The notes under the pieces are model-generated. The model was not told the DNA's origin. It saw only the letters and a program-made list of their open reading frames with translations, and ran no database searches. A DNA stretch of 64,000 bases. Source: Eledone cirrhosa. Its lineage: Eukaryota. The translations under genes and the position numbers were made by a program. The stretch spans positions 154,938,001 to 155,002,000 of the forward strand of contig OZ024740.1 of the NCBI GenBank assembly GCA_964016885.1, in the 5' to 3' direction. Of the stretch, positions 25,567-36,685 are shown piece by piece. Each line of letters starts with the position of its first letter. The first letter of the stretch is position 1.

Positions 25567-25611
25567 AGTCACTGAAGAGGTCACAGAGTGTGTGACGAAA
25601 GAACTATGACT
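25567..25611 (+). ncRNA. Minimal type I hammerhead ribozyme in the 5' pLTR
   Basis: AGTCA-CTGAAGA-G-GTCAC-loop-GTGAC-GAAA-GAAC-TA-TGACT: core CUGANGA/GAAA, stems I and II paired, vestigial stem III. Confidence 0.78.
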
Positions 25612-25744
25612 ATATATATATAAACAACTATCTGGTTGTGGAACCAACCAACCAACCAGAAATTTATAAATTTGTAAATTTATAAATATATATTAAATTA
25701 AATTGAAGTGAAAGCAACTGGTGCGTGTGTTTCTTATTGGCAAC

Positions 25745-28700
25745 ATGACCCTCCCAAAGTATAACAATATCGGTTTCAACACACGATTTCAGATAAAGAA
25801 TCTTGCTAAACAAATTCAGAAACGAAATATCGTAAGCCTTAGCCAGGCTAACAAGATACTGAAAACCACCATGTTCTGTTGTCTACGAAAAACCATAACA
25901 TCTCGACAACTACACTTCATAAAACTGTGCACCACTTCTAGAATCTACACCAACACCATCAATACCGACGTTAGAAGATTACAACTCACCAAAAAACAAG
26001 CAGATAGGCTAAAACGAACTTTAATTCTAAACATAAAAAAGAAGATCTATAGAGAATTAAGTCATCAAGAAAAACTAAAGCGTAACCTAATAGATGAAAT
26101 ATCTAAAATCACCACACCAGCAGAAAAACTAACATTTATAAGCCTTATACGCCCCGAAGAACAGTACATTACTCAAGAATGTAATAAGCACTTTAACAGA
26201 AAATTAAAGTGGCTTAAACAGGCAAAGCTAAATCGGGATACTATAGAGTATACCAATAGATATCCCGACAAAATTGACGGTATCAACATGGCCGACACCT
26301 CATTATCTGAAGAGTTCAACAATGAAAATACCAACATTTATGGAAACACGAAAATAGATAATAATGAAATGTCTGTGTTACGTCTGCCACCCAAATTTGC
26401 GACATTCAAGAAGGTAAATATGATTAGTTGTCTGTCAGAAATAGAAAAATCATTTACGAAACTACGCTGGAGCATCAAAAACAAAAACAAAAGCAACAAT
26501 ATACGCACACACATATACAACACACATCCCAACAACAACAGACACACAGACACAAACAACAATAACAACAACAATAGCAACATACCCAGATACAATACCA
26601 ACAATAGCAACATACCCAGATACAACAGACACGCAGACACAAACAACAATAACAACACACACGGAGACAACAATAACAACAACACACACATCAACAACAA
26701 CAACAACAGCAACATACCCAGATACAACAACAACAGACACGCAAACACAAACAACAATAACAACACACACAACAACGATAACACACACACACACGGAGAC
26801 AACAACACACATCAACAACAACACACATCAACAACAACAACACACACACATTCAATGCCTCTCACCACCACTACAATCTTAACAAACACACAGACACAGA
26901 AAACAAGTAATGACAGTAGCACAGAAATCAGAGAAATAAGAGAAAGTAATAGGATTAAAAGGAGTAGGGAGACTAAGGACAAAGAGAATAACCAAGACGA
27001 ACACACAGACACACAAAATAGGGTAGATAACAACATTGAGCCAGTGGAAAGAGACAGGAGTAATTATGAGAGACATAGAAACAACCATGAAGCTGAGGCT
27101 GCTGCTGTTGGTGGAAATAGAAACAACACAACTAACAATAGCACTAGTACACATAAAGCAGCAGCCTGGAACTCTCCGTTTTATAACCCCTCCGATAAAT
27201 CATTCGACCTACGACGAGTCCACGCCACGACTTTGCCATTTAACAAACGCACGCAGTTGCCGTCGCAGGTCGATGAACAAACAGAAGCACAATTTAGTAT
27301 AGCTAAATCCGAACTTAGAAATATTATAGAACAGTATAGCAAGAAGCATAATAGAATAGAGGCCCAGCAACTGGGAGAAGAATCTGCAAATGGCTTGCGT
27401 AAGCTCATGCAGCGCTCGCGTAATGGAGAGATAGCATGCTTTCCAACAGACAAGTCTGGCAGAATGTCGGTTGACAGCCTGCCAAACTACATCCAGGCAA
27501 TGCAACCCCACATCACTAACACAAGAGAGGTAACACCACAGGAGCATGAGGATAGAGAAAAAACCCTCAATGCCCATATGGTGATGTGGACAAATATAAT
27601 GCAGCCCAACAAAAGGACTGCCAACAACTTCCAGGCCTGGAACAATGACGTGCCGGCGTTGTATGGGCTTCGAAAAGACCATAAAACGGGCTGGGACCCT
27701 GTCGCGGGACCACCAACACGGCCAGTCTGTGGGGCTAACATTGCTAGTAACTACAGACTGTCCTACTTCCTCTCCCTGATCATACGCCCCATCATTGAGA
27801 TGTCCCCAGATGTGTGTGACAGCACGGAGGACCTCCTCAGCAGAATCGACGCGGGTAACCGATCTGGGGACCTAACAAACTGCATAATAGGCAGTATGGA
27901 TGTTGTGTCCCTGTATCCATCTATTGACGTGGATTTTGCTGTGGAGAAATGCGTCGAAATGATCAGCGAGAGCAAGGTTGAGTTCCGTGGGATTGATACC
28001 AGTGAGCTGGGACTTCTACTTAAGTTTACCCATAGTAATAGTTACCTAGACACTTATGACCTTAGCAACCTGTGCCCTACAAGACCAGCAAGAGGCAGAC
28101 CACCTACCATTACCTCAATGGCCAAGAAAACCCACACAGATAGATGGAACGGGTGGACCAGAGCCATACGGACACCCGAAAACCACGATGAACTGAAGAA
28201 AATGATTGCACATGCGGTAGGGGCCAGCATAAAATTAACCCTTAAGGAACATATGTTCAAATTTAATGGTAAAACATATGCCCAAGAAGAAGGAGCAGCC
28301 ATTGGTGTTAGCATTGCAGGCGACATAGCTAACTTGTTCATGGTATGGTGGGACAGTAGACTTAAACAAAAACTTAAAGAACAATTAGAAGACAGCTTAA
28401 CCCTGATAATGTACTCCCGCTACGTAGATGATATAAACATCGTAGTTAAGACACCCCCACTAAAGAACAGTCAGGAACCTGAGAAAAACACAATGGAAAG
28501 CATCCAGCAAATAGCAAACTCCATCCACCAGAGCATTAGAGTTACTATAGACTACCCAAGTAGACACCCCAACCATCGATTACCTGTACTAGACACAGAG
28601 CTCTGGTTAGATACTATTAACAACCAAAAACAAATCCTCCATTCCCATTATGCCAAACCCATGACTTCCAAACATCTGATCCACCGAAACTCGGCCATTT

Positions 28701-29551
28701 CGGACCATACCAAAATCAACATACTGATTGCGGATTTGATACGGGTGATGAGAAATGTGTCCCGCATGTGCAACCCCGAAGAACTAGAGAGACACATACA
28801 ACACTTCATCCACCGTATGCAGTTCTCTGGCTACAATCAGAGAGATAGAATCAGAGTGTATAAAGGAGCCAGAACCAAATGGGAAAAAATGGTAAATAAT
28901 GACATAAATGGGACCTGCCCCTTGTATAGGAGCAAATTTTGGAATAGAATAGAAAGAACTAAGAACAAGGCCAATAGAATAAACTCATGGTATGATAGCA
29001 ATAAATACCAGAGTGTAATGTTCATCAATACAACCCCTAGAGGCGAACTAGCCTACAAATTTAGAAGGGCCCTAAAGAAACATAATCTCAATATTAAGAT
29101 AGTAGAAAGACCTGGTACCTCCGTAAAAACACTTATTAGCAAGACATACCCGTTCCAAAGACCCTCATGTATAGATAAGAAATGTATAACCTGTAAAATA
29201 AGCCCCCATATTAACTGTAAAACTAGAAATGTAGTATATAGCATAAGATGTACTGAGGGACAATGTAGAAACAAAAATATAGTGTACATAGGTGAGACAG
29301 CTCGTAGTATAGGGGAACGAATAAATGAACACTGGCGAGACCTCCAAGATAGTAAAGAATCATCTGTGCTCTACCAACATGCTAAGATAGAACACAGGGG
29401 TAAATTAGAGAGCATAGAAATAAAAATAGAATCCACACACAAGAAAGACGCAATGTTTAGGCAAATTACAGAGGCAGTAAGCATAAAAGAATTAAAACCA
29501 AAATTAAATAGAAAATATGAGTGGAACAGCAACATCACAACTTACAATTAA
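25745..29551 (+). CDS. PLE polyprotein: RT + GIY-YIG endonuclease (probably Naiad-type), uninterrupted
   Basis: Open from GTG 25721, first ATG 25745; LRLPPKF, PTDKSG, LYGLRKDHK, PTRPV, SMDVVSLYPSI, GAAIG, RYVDDI, LPVLD, Cx4CxxC...C, VVY..RC....C.....YIGET, conserved H/H, EA...LN. Confidence 0.95.
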   Translation: MTLPKYNNIGFNTRFQIKNLAKQIQKRNIVSLSQANKILKTTMFCCLRKTITSRQLHFIKLCTTSRIYTNTINTDVRRLQLTKKQADRLKRTLILNIKKKIYRELSHQEKLKRNLIDEISKITTPAEKLTFISLIRPEEQYITQECNKHFNRKLKWLKQAKLNRDTIEYTNRYPDKIDGINMADTSLSEEFNNENTNIYGNTKIDNNEMSVLRLPPKFATFKKVNMISCLSEIEKSFTKLRWSIKNKNKSNNIRTHIYNTHPNNNRHTDTNNNNNNNSNIPRYNTNNSNIPRYNRHADTNNNNNTHGDNNNNNTHINNNNNSNIPRYNNNRHANTNNNNNTHNNDNTHTHGDNNTHQQQHTSTTTTHTHSMPLTTTTILTNTQTQKTSNDSSTEIREIRESNRIKRSRETKDKENNQDEHTDTQNRVDNNIEPVERDRSNYERHRNNHEAEAAAVGGNRNNTTNNSTSTHKAAAWNSPFYNPSDKSFDLRRVHATTLPFNKRTQLPSQVDEQTEAQFSIAKSELRNIIEQYSKKHNRIEAQQLGEESANGLRKLMQRSRNGEIACFPTDKSGRMSVDSLPNYIQAMQPHITNTREVTPQEHEDREKTLNAHMVMWTNIMQPNKRTANNFQAWNNDVPALYGLRKDHKTGWDPVAGPPTRPVCGANIASNYRLSYFLSLIIRPIIEMSPDVCDSTEDLLSRIDAGNRSGDLTNCIIGSMDVVSLYPSIDVDFAVEKCVEMISESKVEFRGIDTSELGLLLKFTHSNSYLDTYDLSNLCPTRPARGRPPTITSMAKKTHTDRWNGWTRAIRTPENHDELKKMIAHAVGASIKLTLKEHMFKFNGKTYAQEEGAAIGVSIAGDIANLFMVWWDSRLKQKLKEQLEDSLTLIMYSRYVDDINIVVKTPPLKNSQEPEKNTMESIQQIANSIHQSIRVTIDYPSRHPNHRLPVLDTELWLDTINNQKQILHSHYAKPMTSKHLIHRNSAISDHTKINILIADLIRVMRNVSRMCNPEELERHIQHFIHRMQFSGYNQRDRIRVYKGARTKWEKMVNNDINGTCPLYRSKFWNRIERTKNKANRINSWYDSNKYQSVMFINTTPRGELAYKFRRALKKHNLNIKIVERPGTSVKTLISKTYPFQRPSCIDKKCITCKISPHINCKTRNVVYSIRCTEGQCRNKNIVYIGETARSIGERINEHWRDLQDSKESSVLYQHAKIEHRGKLESIEIKIESTHKKDAMFRQITEAVSIKELKPKLNRKYEWNSNITTYN

Positions 29552-29831
29552 GGACAAAATGAAAACACACACACACATAGAACAAACAACTTACAATTGA
29601 AAACACACACAAGACAAAATGAAAACACACACACACATAGAACAAACAACCAACCAACAATAAATAAATAAATAAACAAACAAATATAAATAGAAAAATA
29701 GAAAAATGAACACAAACACACACAGACACCCGGATGTGGCGCATGCGCAAACTGAGCACGCAACCCACACACAAACAAAATGGCGTAGGATAGAAGAAAG
29801 GAAAGGCACAGAAACGAAGAAAGAAATCCCC

Positions 29832-29876
29832 AGTCACTGAAGAGGTCACAGAGTGTGTGACGAAAGAACTATGACT
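29832..29876 (+). ncRNA. Minimal type I hammerhead ribozyme in the 3' pLTR
   Basis: Identical to 25567-25611. Confidence 0.78.
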
Positions 29877-30267
29877 ATATATATATAAACAACTATCTGG
29901 TTGTGGAACCAACCAACCAACCAGAAATTTATAAATTTGTAAATTTATAAATATATATTAAATTAAATTGAAGTGAAAGCAACTGGTGCGTGTGTTTCTT
30001 ATTGGCAACATGACCCTCCCAAAGTATAACAATATCGGTTTCAACACACGATTTCAGATAAAGAATCTTGCTAAACAAATTCAGAAACGAAATATATATA
30101 TATATATATATATATAAGAATTAAAATACTAGAGTGTGTTGGAGTTAAACACCCTCTTCATATTATAGAAATGACAGTATAAAATATAGCTCAATGTAAT
30201 TAAACAGAGCCGAAGAATTATAAAAAATAAACCAAAGAAGCCTTCAATACATCAAAAGTCTTTATTA

Positions 30268-30305
30268 GCCAACAATGTTTCGTCCTATTAAGGACTCATC
30301 AGGGC
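30268..30305 (-). ncRNA. Minimal hammerhead ribozyme of a second PLE family
   Basis: GCC-CTGATGA-GTCC-TTAATA-GGAC-GAAA-CATTGTT-GGC. Confidence 0.72.
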
Positions 30306-32267
30306 AAGTAAAGCTACAAGAAGCACTATCGGCCAATACAAGCCAAAAACTCAGAAGAATATGGAGTATACATCTATTAAAGCTTAGGAAAGATATCAAG
30401 GAAAAGTTGGCTAAGATTAAGAGTGAGCAGTTAAAAACATAGATATAGACCAAATAGCAAGGAAGTGATTAACATGTTGAACCCACATTGCAAAAACTTG
30501 AAACACAAATGGTAATATAATGCGAGAATTACAGTACGATATAGAATATAATATAATATAATAGATGGTGATAATAAAAAGCTTAATATATGTATATATA
30601 TATATATATTAGAAAGATCGAGTATCGAAAAATCGGCGCACGAGTTCACGATAAACAATATTCGAAATGAGCGGCAGAGGGCTCAATAATTCAGATGAAT
30701 CAGAGCTATAACTATCGTTAAAATACCGTCACATATAGAACAAGTCTACAATCAACCATACGATAAAAAATCGATAATAGAAGATTCGGGACAAACAGAT
30801 AAAAAATATCAATAAAACAATACATCAATAATTTAAATGAATGTAAAATCATACCCGGACCCACTAGAAAGGTGTTAAATCTAGCTTCTTGGGTTTCTGT
30901 AAATCCTTTCTATACACATTAGTACAAACTAACACTTATTAAGTATTTAAATATATATATATATATATTGTTTACAGTATAATATAATAAAGATAAAAAT
31001 AAGAATAAAGATAAAAATAAAAATAAAATATAATATATAATTCCCTGTCAGTGTGCATAAACAATATTAAAACATTATAATAACATTATAATAACAATAT
31101 TATAATATATTGGCGTCAAAAGATATACAAAATTACATCATATATATAATTCAAGGTTAACAAATAGTATAAAGTTTTACACAGGGTAAGAAAAAAATCA
31201 TATAGAATTGTGTTGAAAAAATATCTATACCATTGCAACAAATACACGGAGGTCAAGTCATTTTACATTGGCATAAATATTACCAAAATATCACAAAATA
31301 TTACAAAATATAACAGTACAGTACTTCAAATAACAGACATATATTAAAATCTATAATACGATTACATAAAAATGATATGATATAACAACGTTAATATCAA
31401 ATAGCAAACAGAGTCTAAGGAAATGCTTAATATATATATTTACGTGGTTGACATACACAGACATATATTAATGAAATTACATGATTCCGACAGACAGCGT
31501 GTGGTAGTAAAAAAAAAAAAATAAAATAAACCGAAGATCGAAAAACAAAAACAAGTATATTTACTTAGGTGTCACAAGCGGTTAAGTAAAAGAAAAAAAA
31601 AAAAAATAGAAATGTAAACCGGAGAATTGACTAGAAAACCTTTTTAAATTAATTAATATTAAAAGTATTTAAAATACATATTTAGTCACTTCAAAATTGG
31701 CTAGAGTTTAAGTCATCAAAAACGTATAAGTTTAAGATATTTCAATAAAATTATCAAGAATAGAGTAAAATATGCTCCGTTCAGTCGAATGACGTTATCA
31801 AATAAAAGGACTCTAAATAGAACTATGGTAGACCAATGGGAACAGAAAGAAGAGAGGTTATGGAGGATAGGAAGGAGCATAAAAGTAAAATCAATATATT
31901 ATATAATATCATAATATCATAAAAGGAGCATAAAGGTGAAATTTATATATAGTATAATAGAAGGGGCGGATATTAAGTGTGTAGAGGAAGAGGTACATTA
32001 GTTGAATGAGACTCCAAACAAAGTATTTAATAAGATATAAACTCATAAGGTGTTAGTAGTGAAACTATAATAATGCTTAAGAAGATAGATAGGATATGGT
32101 AGCCAAAAGACTATGGAAACTAAAATCGAAAAGCTGTAAAAAACTAATAATAATAAAGATGATGGTAATCAAAATGAACCTAAAAAAAAAAGATAAGGAA
32201 ATATAGCAGCTAATGGATACGATTTAAACTACCAGAACTTTTAGGTCTATAATAGAAGAAAGAATTA

Positions 32268-32430
32268 GAAATGGCATGGGGGCAGGAAGAAAATATCTCA
32301 GACTTTCTATTAAGCAAAACTTCCCTAGAGAAAATTATAGAGTGGGTCTCTAGGATACAGAGATTACAGAATTTAGTGTGTGTTGATAGGTTATTAAAGC
32401 GTGCTACTATACGCCAATTAAGGCTATATG
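32268..32430 (-). pseudogene. C-terminal fragment of another PLE GIY-YIG protein
   Basis: Manual translation YSLNWRIVARF...KFCNLCILETHSIIFSREVLLNRKSEIFSSCPH, matching the W.I...CxLC..E...LLN..SE...C.H tail of PLE endonucleases. Confidence 0.7.
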
Positions 32431-32435
32431 GCTAT

Positions 32436-32439
<4 letters not shown>

Positions 32440-32490
<51 letters not shown>

Positions 32491-32518
32491 GGAAAAAATT
32501 TGAACAGGGACAAAACAG

Positions 32519-32600
<82 letters not shown>
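32440..32600. repeat. (TA)n and (GT)n microsatellites
   Basis: Direct reading. Confidence 0.95.
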
Positions 32601-32602
<2 letters not shown>

Positions 32603-32821
32603 TAAGGGTTGAGGGAAAAAACGGGGTTGCATGTTCAGGAAGAGGTGTGTGTGGGGGGGGTGTTTTTGTGGGTCGGAGTGTCTGTGCGTGTGTGGATAGG
32701 GGGGTGGGGGGGAGAGGAATCAGGAGGCTGAGGGTGTAAATATGTGGTGGGAAGCACGTGTGTGTGGGGTTTAAGCGTGTTGTGGTGTGGGTGGCGTGTG
32801 GATAAAAAAATGTTTGGGGGG

Positions 32822-32863
<42 letters not shown>

Positions 32864-32871
<8 letters not shown>

Positions 32872-33113
32872 TATAAGCTATCGCCGTATTTTGACTAAAG
32901 AAATTAAAGAAATTATTTAGCCTGATAGTGGAGTTAAGAACCCTCGGAGAAATGGAAAAAGATGAGTATTGACGTATTTTTCCATTTCTCCGAGGGTTCT
33001 TAACCCCACTATCAGGCTAAATAATTTCTTTAATTTCTTTAGTCAAAATACAGCGATAGCTTACATTTCTAATAATTTCAAACCAACTCGCTGTTTCGAA
33101 AATATTCTTACTT

Positions 33114-33114
<1 letters not shown>
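32864..33114. mobile_element. Palindromic element within (TA)n, ~95-bp arms
   Basis: 32864-32960 is the near-perfect reverse complement of 32976-33073; right end matches the TIR of 12208-12448. Confidence 0.8.
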
Positions 33115-33144
<30 letters not shown>

Positions 33145-33487
33145 TTATTAAAATAACAGATTAAAGTTTAAGCAAAGAATCGCTGCTTTCACCCTTAACG
33201 GGATCTTCTGAAACTAACAAAGTCAATCTGTAAACGCAGAACTGGATATTTCAAAAAACGTTGCAACCCGAGGAAGACAGGAAGACGATACTTTGGTTCG
33301 TGGAAACGTTCGCTGGCGAAGAACGGGAAAAAACGAATAATACGTCATTAATAGGAGCGGTGAAAAACATTTACGTGCAAAGACAGAACCACGTTTATGG
33401 TACAAAAGAGGTCGTAGACTATAATATATATATATATATATATTATTCAAAATATTAATAAATGAAAAATATTCTCATAATCAAAAT

Positions 33488-35240
33488 ATCATTATCATCA
33501 TCATCACCGTTTTACGTCCGTTCTTCCATGCTAGCATGGGTTAGACGGGTTGACCATGCCTTGCTCATACAGGAGCTGATTCTGGCTTGATTTCTACAGC
33601 TGTATGCCCTTCCTAACACCAACCTCATTTACAGTGAGTGCTGGGTGCTTTTTTCCGTGGCGCCTACACGTCCACTTTGCAGTGGGAGGGTGTGGGGAAT
33701 ATTGTCTATATGCTTCAGCTTGTACCCATGGGAGGTCGGGTACTCTGTATTACTGCGTGACGCCAGAGGTCACGGTCGTATGTCATCGCCTTTGAGCGGT
33801 GTAATTGGGTAAGGTCGGCTTTTATCACCTCATCCCAGGTCTTCTTGGGTCTCCCGACTCCGCGACTTCCATTGACTTCTAGTGCTCTGCACCTTTTTAT
33901 GCAGCTGTCATCCTTCATACGCATCACATGTCCATACCAACGTAACCGCCTCTCCTGCACACAGCATTTGATTCCTCTTATGCTCAGTCTCTCTCGCAAT
34001 TCATTTATGCTTTGCCGTTAGCGTATATTACTATTACACATCCATCGGAGCATGCAGGCTTCGTTTCTTTCTAATCTACGTAAGTCTTCCACCTTCAGCA
34101 CCCAGGTCTCACTACCATGTAACATTGCTGTTCGTATACACGCATCATACAGTCTGCCTTTCATTTTGAGGGAGAAGCCTTTTGCAGCTAGCAGTGGCAG
34201 TAGTTCCCTGAACTTCTTCCATCCTGTTCTTACCCTAGTTATTGTACTTTCTGAACACCCACCTGCGCTGCTAATTCGGTCACCTAGGTAGCAGAAGCTG
34301 TCTACTGTTTCTACAGAGCCCTCCCAGAGATTGGTGGTGCTTGTTTCCTGTGGCTGTTTGCTGCTTGCTGTCCCAGCACAGCTGCTACATGTGAAGCCTA
34401 CATTCTTAATTAAGCTTCCTGAGATCCCGCTACATCTCTTGTGTACCAATTGTTTGCATTTGGGGCAGAGAATGGAGTTCCTACCTACACCTTTCCTACA
34501 TACTGAGCAAGGCCATTTCTCTGAGGGGATCTGGGTTTTGTTTTCTCGTCTACTTACAAGGACCTTAGTCTTTGTCATGTTGACTTTGAGACCCTTTCTT
34601 TCTAGTCCCTGCTTCCAAGTTTGGAATTTCTTCTCTAGTTCTACCATAGATTCAGCTATAAGTGCGAGGTCATCTGCATACAGGAGTTCCCATGGGCATC
34701 CAGTCTTAAACTCCTTCGTTATTGCCTGCAGGACTATGATGAACAGGAGAGGGCTAAGAACAGAACCCTGGTGGACACCAACCTGTACGCTAAATTCCTT
34801 GCTATACTCATTGCTAATCCTAACTTTGCTGACTGCTCCCCTATACATGGCTTGTACAGCTTTCACAAGCCATTCATCTACTCCTAGTTTTCTAAGAGCC
34901 CACCAGATTACAGCACGTGGAACTCTGTCAAAGGCTTTCTCGAGATCGACGAATTCCAGGTAGAGTGGCTTACTTTTAGCTAGGTACTTTTCCTGTAACT
35001 GTCTCACAAGAAAGAGAGCATCAATGGTGCCTCTTCCTGGTACAAACCCAAATTGCATCTCATCTAGTTTCACCCGGTCCCTAATCAACTGTGCTATAAC
35101 TCTTTCTGTTACTTTCATGACCTGGTCCATCAGCTTTATACCTCTATAGTTTCCTCTATCTAGTGCATCACCTTTACCTTTGTAGCAGTTGACAATGATG
35201 CTACTGCACCAATCTTTTGGTATGACACCTTCTAGTATTA
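33488..35240 (-). mobile_element. RTE LINE, second subfamily, 5'-truncated, RT + PHD, complete 3' end with (GAT)n tail
   Basis: ORFs 34018-35457 and 33715-33999; same motifs as 14375-16580. Confidence 0.92.
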
Positions 35241-35419
35241 TATATTTTGGTATGACACCTTCTAGTATTATATATTTTATTATACATATTTCAAAGGTAC
35301 AATGGTGTTTAAGTACGTTTTCATCAGATAAAATATAAGATTTGATATGCGACATACCGCTACGGTTTTGATTATTCAATTCCAATAGTGCCACTATTGG
35401 AATTGAATAATCAAACTGC

Positions 35420-35591
35420 GGAGGATCCTGGAAGAATCCTTCCAGGAGTGCATGCAAGCGTGGCAGAAAAGGATGGAAAAGTGCATTAGACTCCGGGGGG
35501 ATTACTTTGAAGGAGAAAACTCTTAGTGTGAAGTTTGGGTTTGAAATAAATCTTTTATGACATCAGTCCTGGAACTTTTCTGACACACCTC

Positions 35592-35594
<3 letters not shown>
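35420..35594 (+). mobile_element. Mariner 3' end remnant
   Basis: FQECMQAWQKRMEKCIRLRGDYFEG followed by TIR-like ...ACTTTTCTGACACACCTCGTG|TA. Confidence 0.75.
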
Positions 35595-35644
<50 letters not shown>

Positions 35645-36060
35645 GCACAAGAATAGGCGCCAACTATGCCAACCTTTTCGTTGGCCATGTTGAGGCCCAC
35701 ATCTTTGCCCAATACACCAGCCCCACGCCCGAACTGTACGGTTGTTACATCGACGACTGTATCAGAGCCACGACCCTCACCCGAGAACAGCTCGACTGTT
35801 TTCTCTCCTTCTTCTGCTCCTTCACCCCTCCCTCCACTTCACCTCCTCTATCTCCACCACCCACGTCCACTTCTTGGACATCTCCGTCACTATCGACCCC
35901 CTCCCGCCGGTCCCTCGTCACCTCCGACTTCTTCAAACCCACCGACTCCCACTCCTACCTTGACTTCACCTCCTCCCACCCTACAGACACCAAACACTCC
36001 ATTCGCTACTCCCAACTTCTCCAGATCCGCCGCCTCTGCAGCCGAGATGCTGACTTCAAG
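35645..36060 (+). pseudogene. PLE RT fragment (Neptune-like), degenerate
   Basis: TRIGANYANLFVGHVE...YIDDC; FTSSISTTHVHFLDISV; KPTDSHSYLDFTSSHP...SIRYSQLLQIRRLCS. Confidence 0.8.
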
Positions 36061-36336
36061 AGAGGAGGCCCTGTCTCTGGTCAGCCCTTTCATCCGGAGA
36101 GGTTATGTATATATGTATGTGTACATGTACGTATGTTTATGCGTATGTGTTTGAGTATATGTATATGCGTGGGTAGATGCTTATATATGTAGTATGTGTA
36201 TATTTATATATATACATATATATTTATTATGTTCCCCATTATATTACGTCCGTTACTTTATTTTATATCAGCCTCACTTTCAATTGTTTTAGGCTTTGTT
36301 TTGAAATCCATATCTCACTTCCTCTTCAAATAAAAT

Positions 36337-36407
36337 TTCATTCTGACGAACGATTTCAGACGTCTGTGTTGAGCTCGTCGCTCTTTGTGAAACCTTTGGT
36401 AAATGGA
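36337..36407 (+). ncRNA. Hammerhead ribozyme with enlarged stem II loop
   Basis: CATT-CTGACGA-ACGA...TTGT-GAAA-CC-TTT-GG-TA-AATG. Confidence 0.55.
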
Positions 36408-36581
36408 ATAATTGTCTTATGTTGTTTGTTACATAACTGAATGGACACACTGGAAGAGGAAGACCAAGGTTAACGTATGTTGATGCCTATGGATCTCGGG
36501 GATTTTACCCGCCCTAGAAAATAGCTCTGTAGCCTACATAGAGCACTCCCCCTTTGCTTTACCTTTCCTACGGAAACACTT

Positions 36582-36685
<104 letters not shown>

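Larger units (their letters stand above)
24006..30095 (+). mobile_element. Penelope-like element: full-length unit plus inverted 3' copy
   Basis: Direct pseudo-LTRs 25294-25830 and 29559-30095; 24006-25294 is the reverse complement of 28746-30034; (TA)n on both sides. Confidence 0.95.

Noticed and set aside
26338-27741. Hydrophobic and Cys-rich antisense ORFs, and similar YI/CV/HT ORFs elsewhere
   Set aside because: By-products of microsatellites or of the sense TE reading frame
25745-30095. Selenocysteine recoding as described for some Naiad PLEs
   Set aside because: The ORF has no in-frame TGA and I see no SECIS-like stem in the 3' region
33175-33320. Two hammerhead-like motifs (CAGAAGA..GAAA on minus; GGAAGA..GAAACGTT on plus)
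   Set aside because: The catalytic core deviates from CUGANGA; at best decayed remnants
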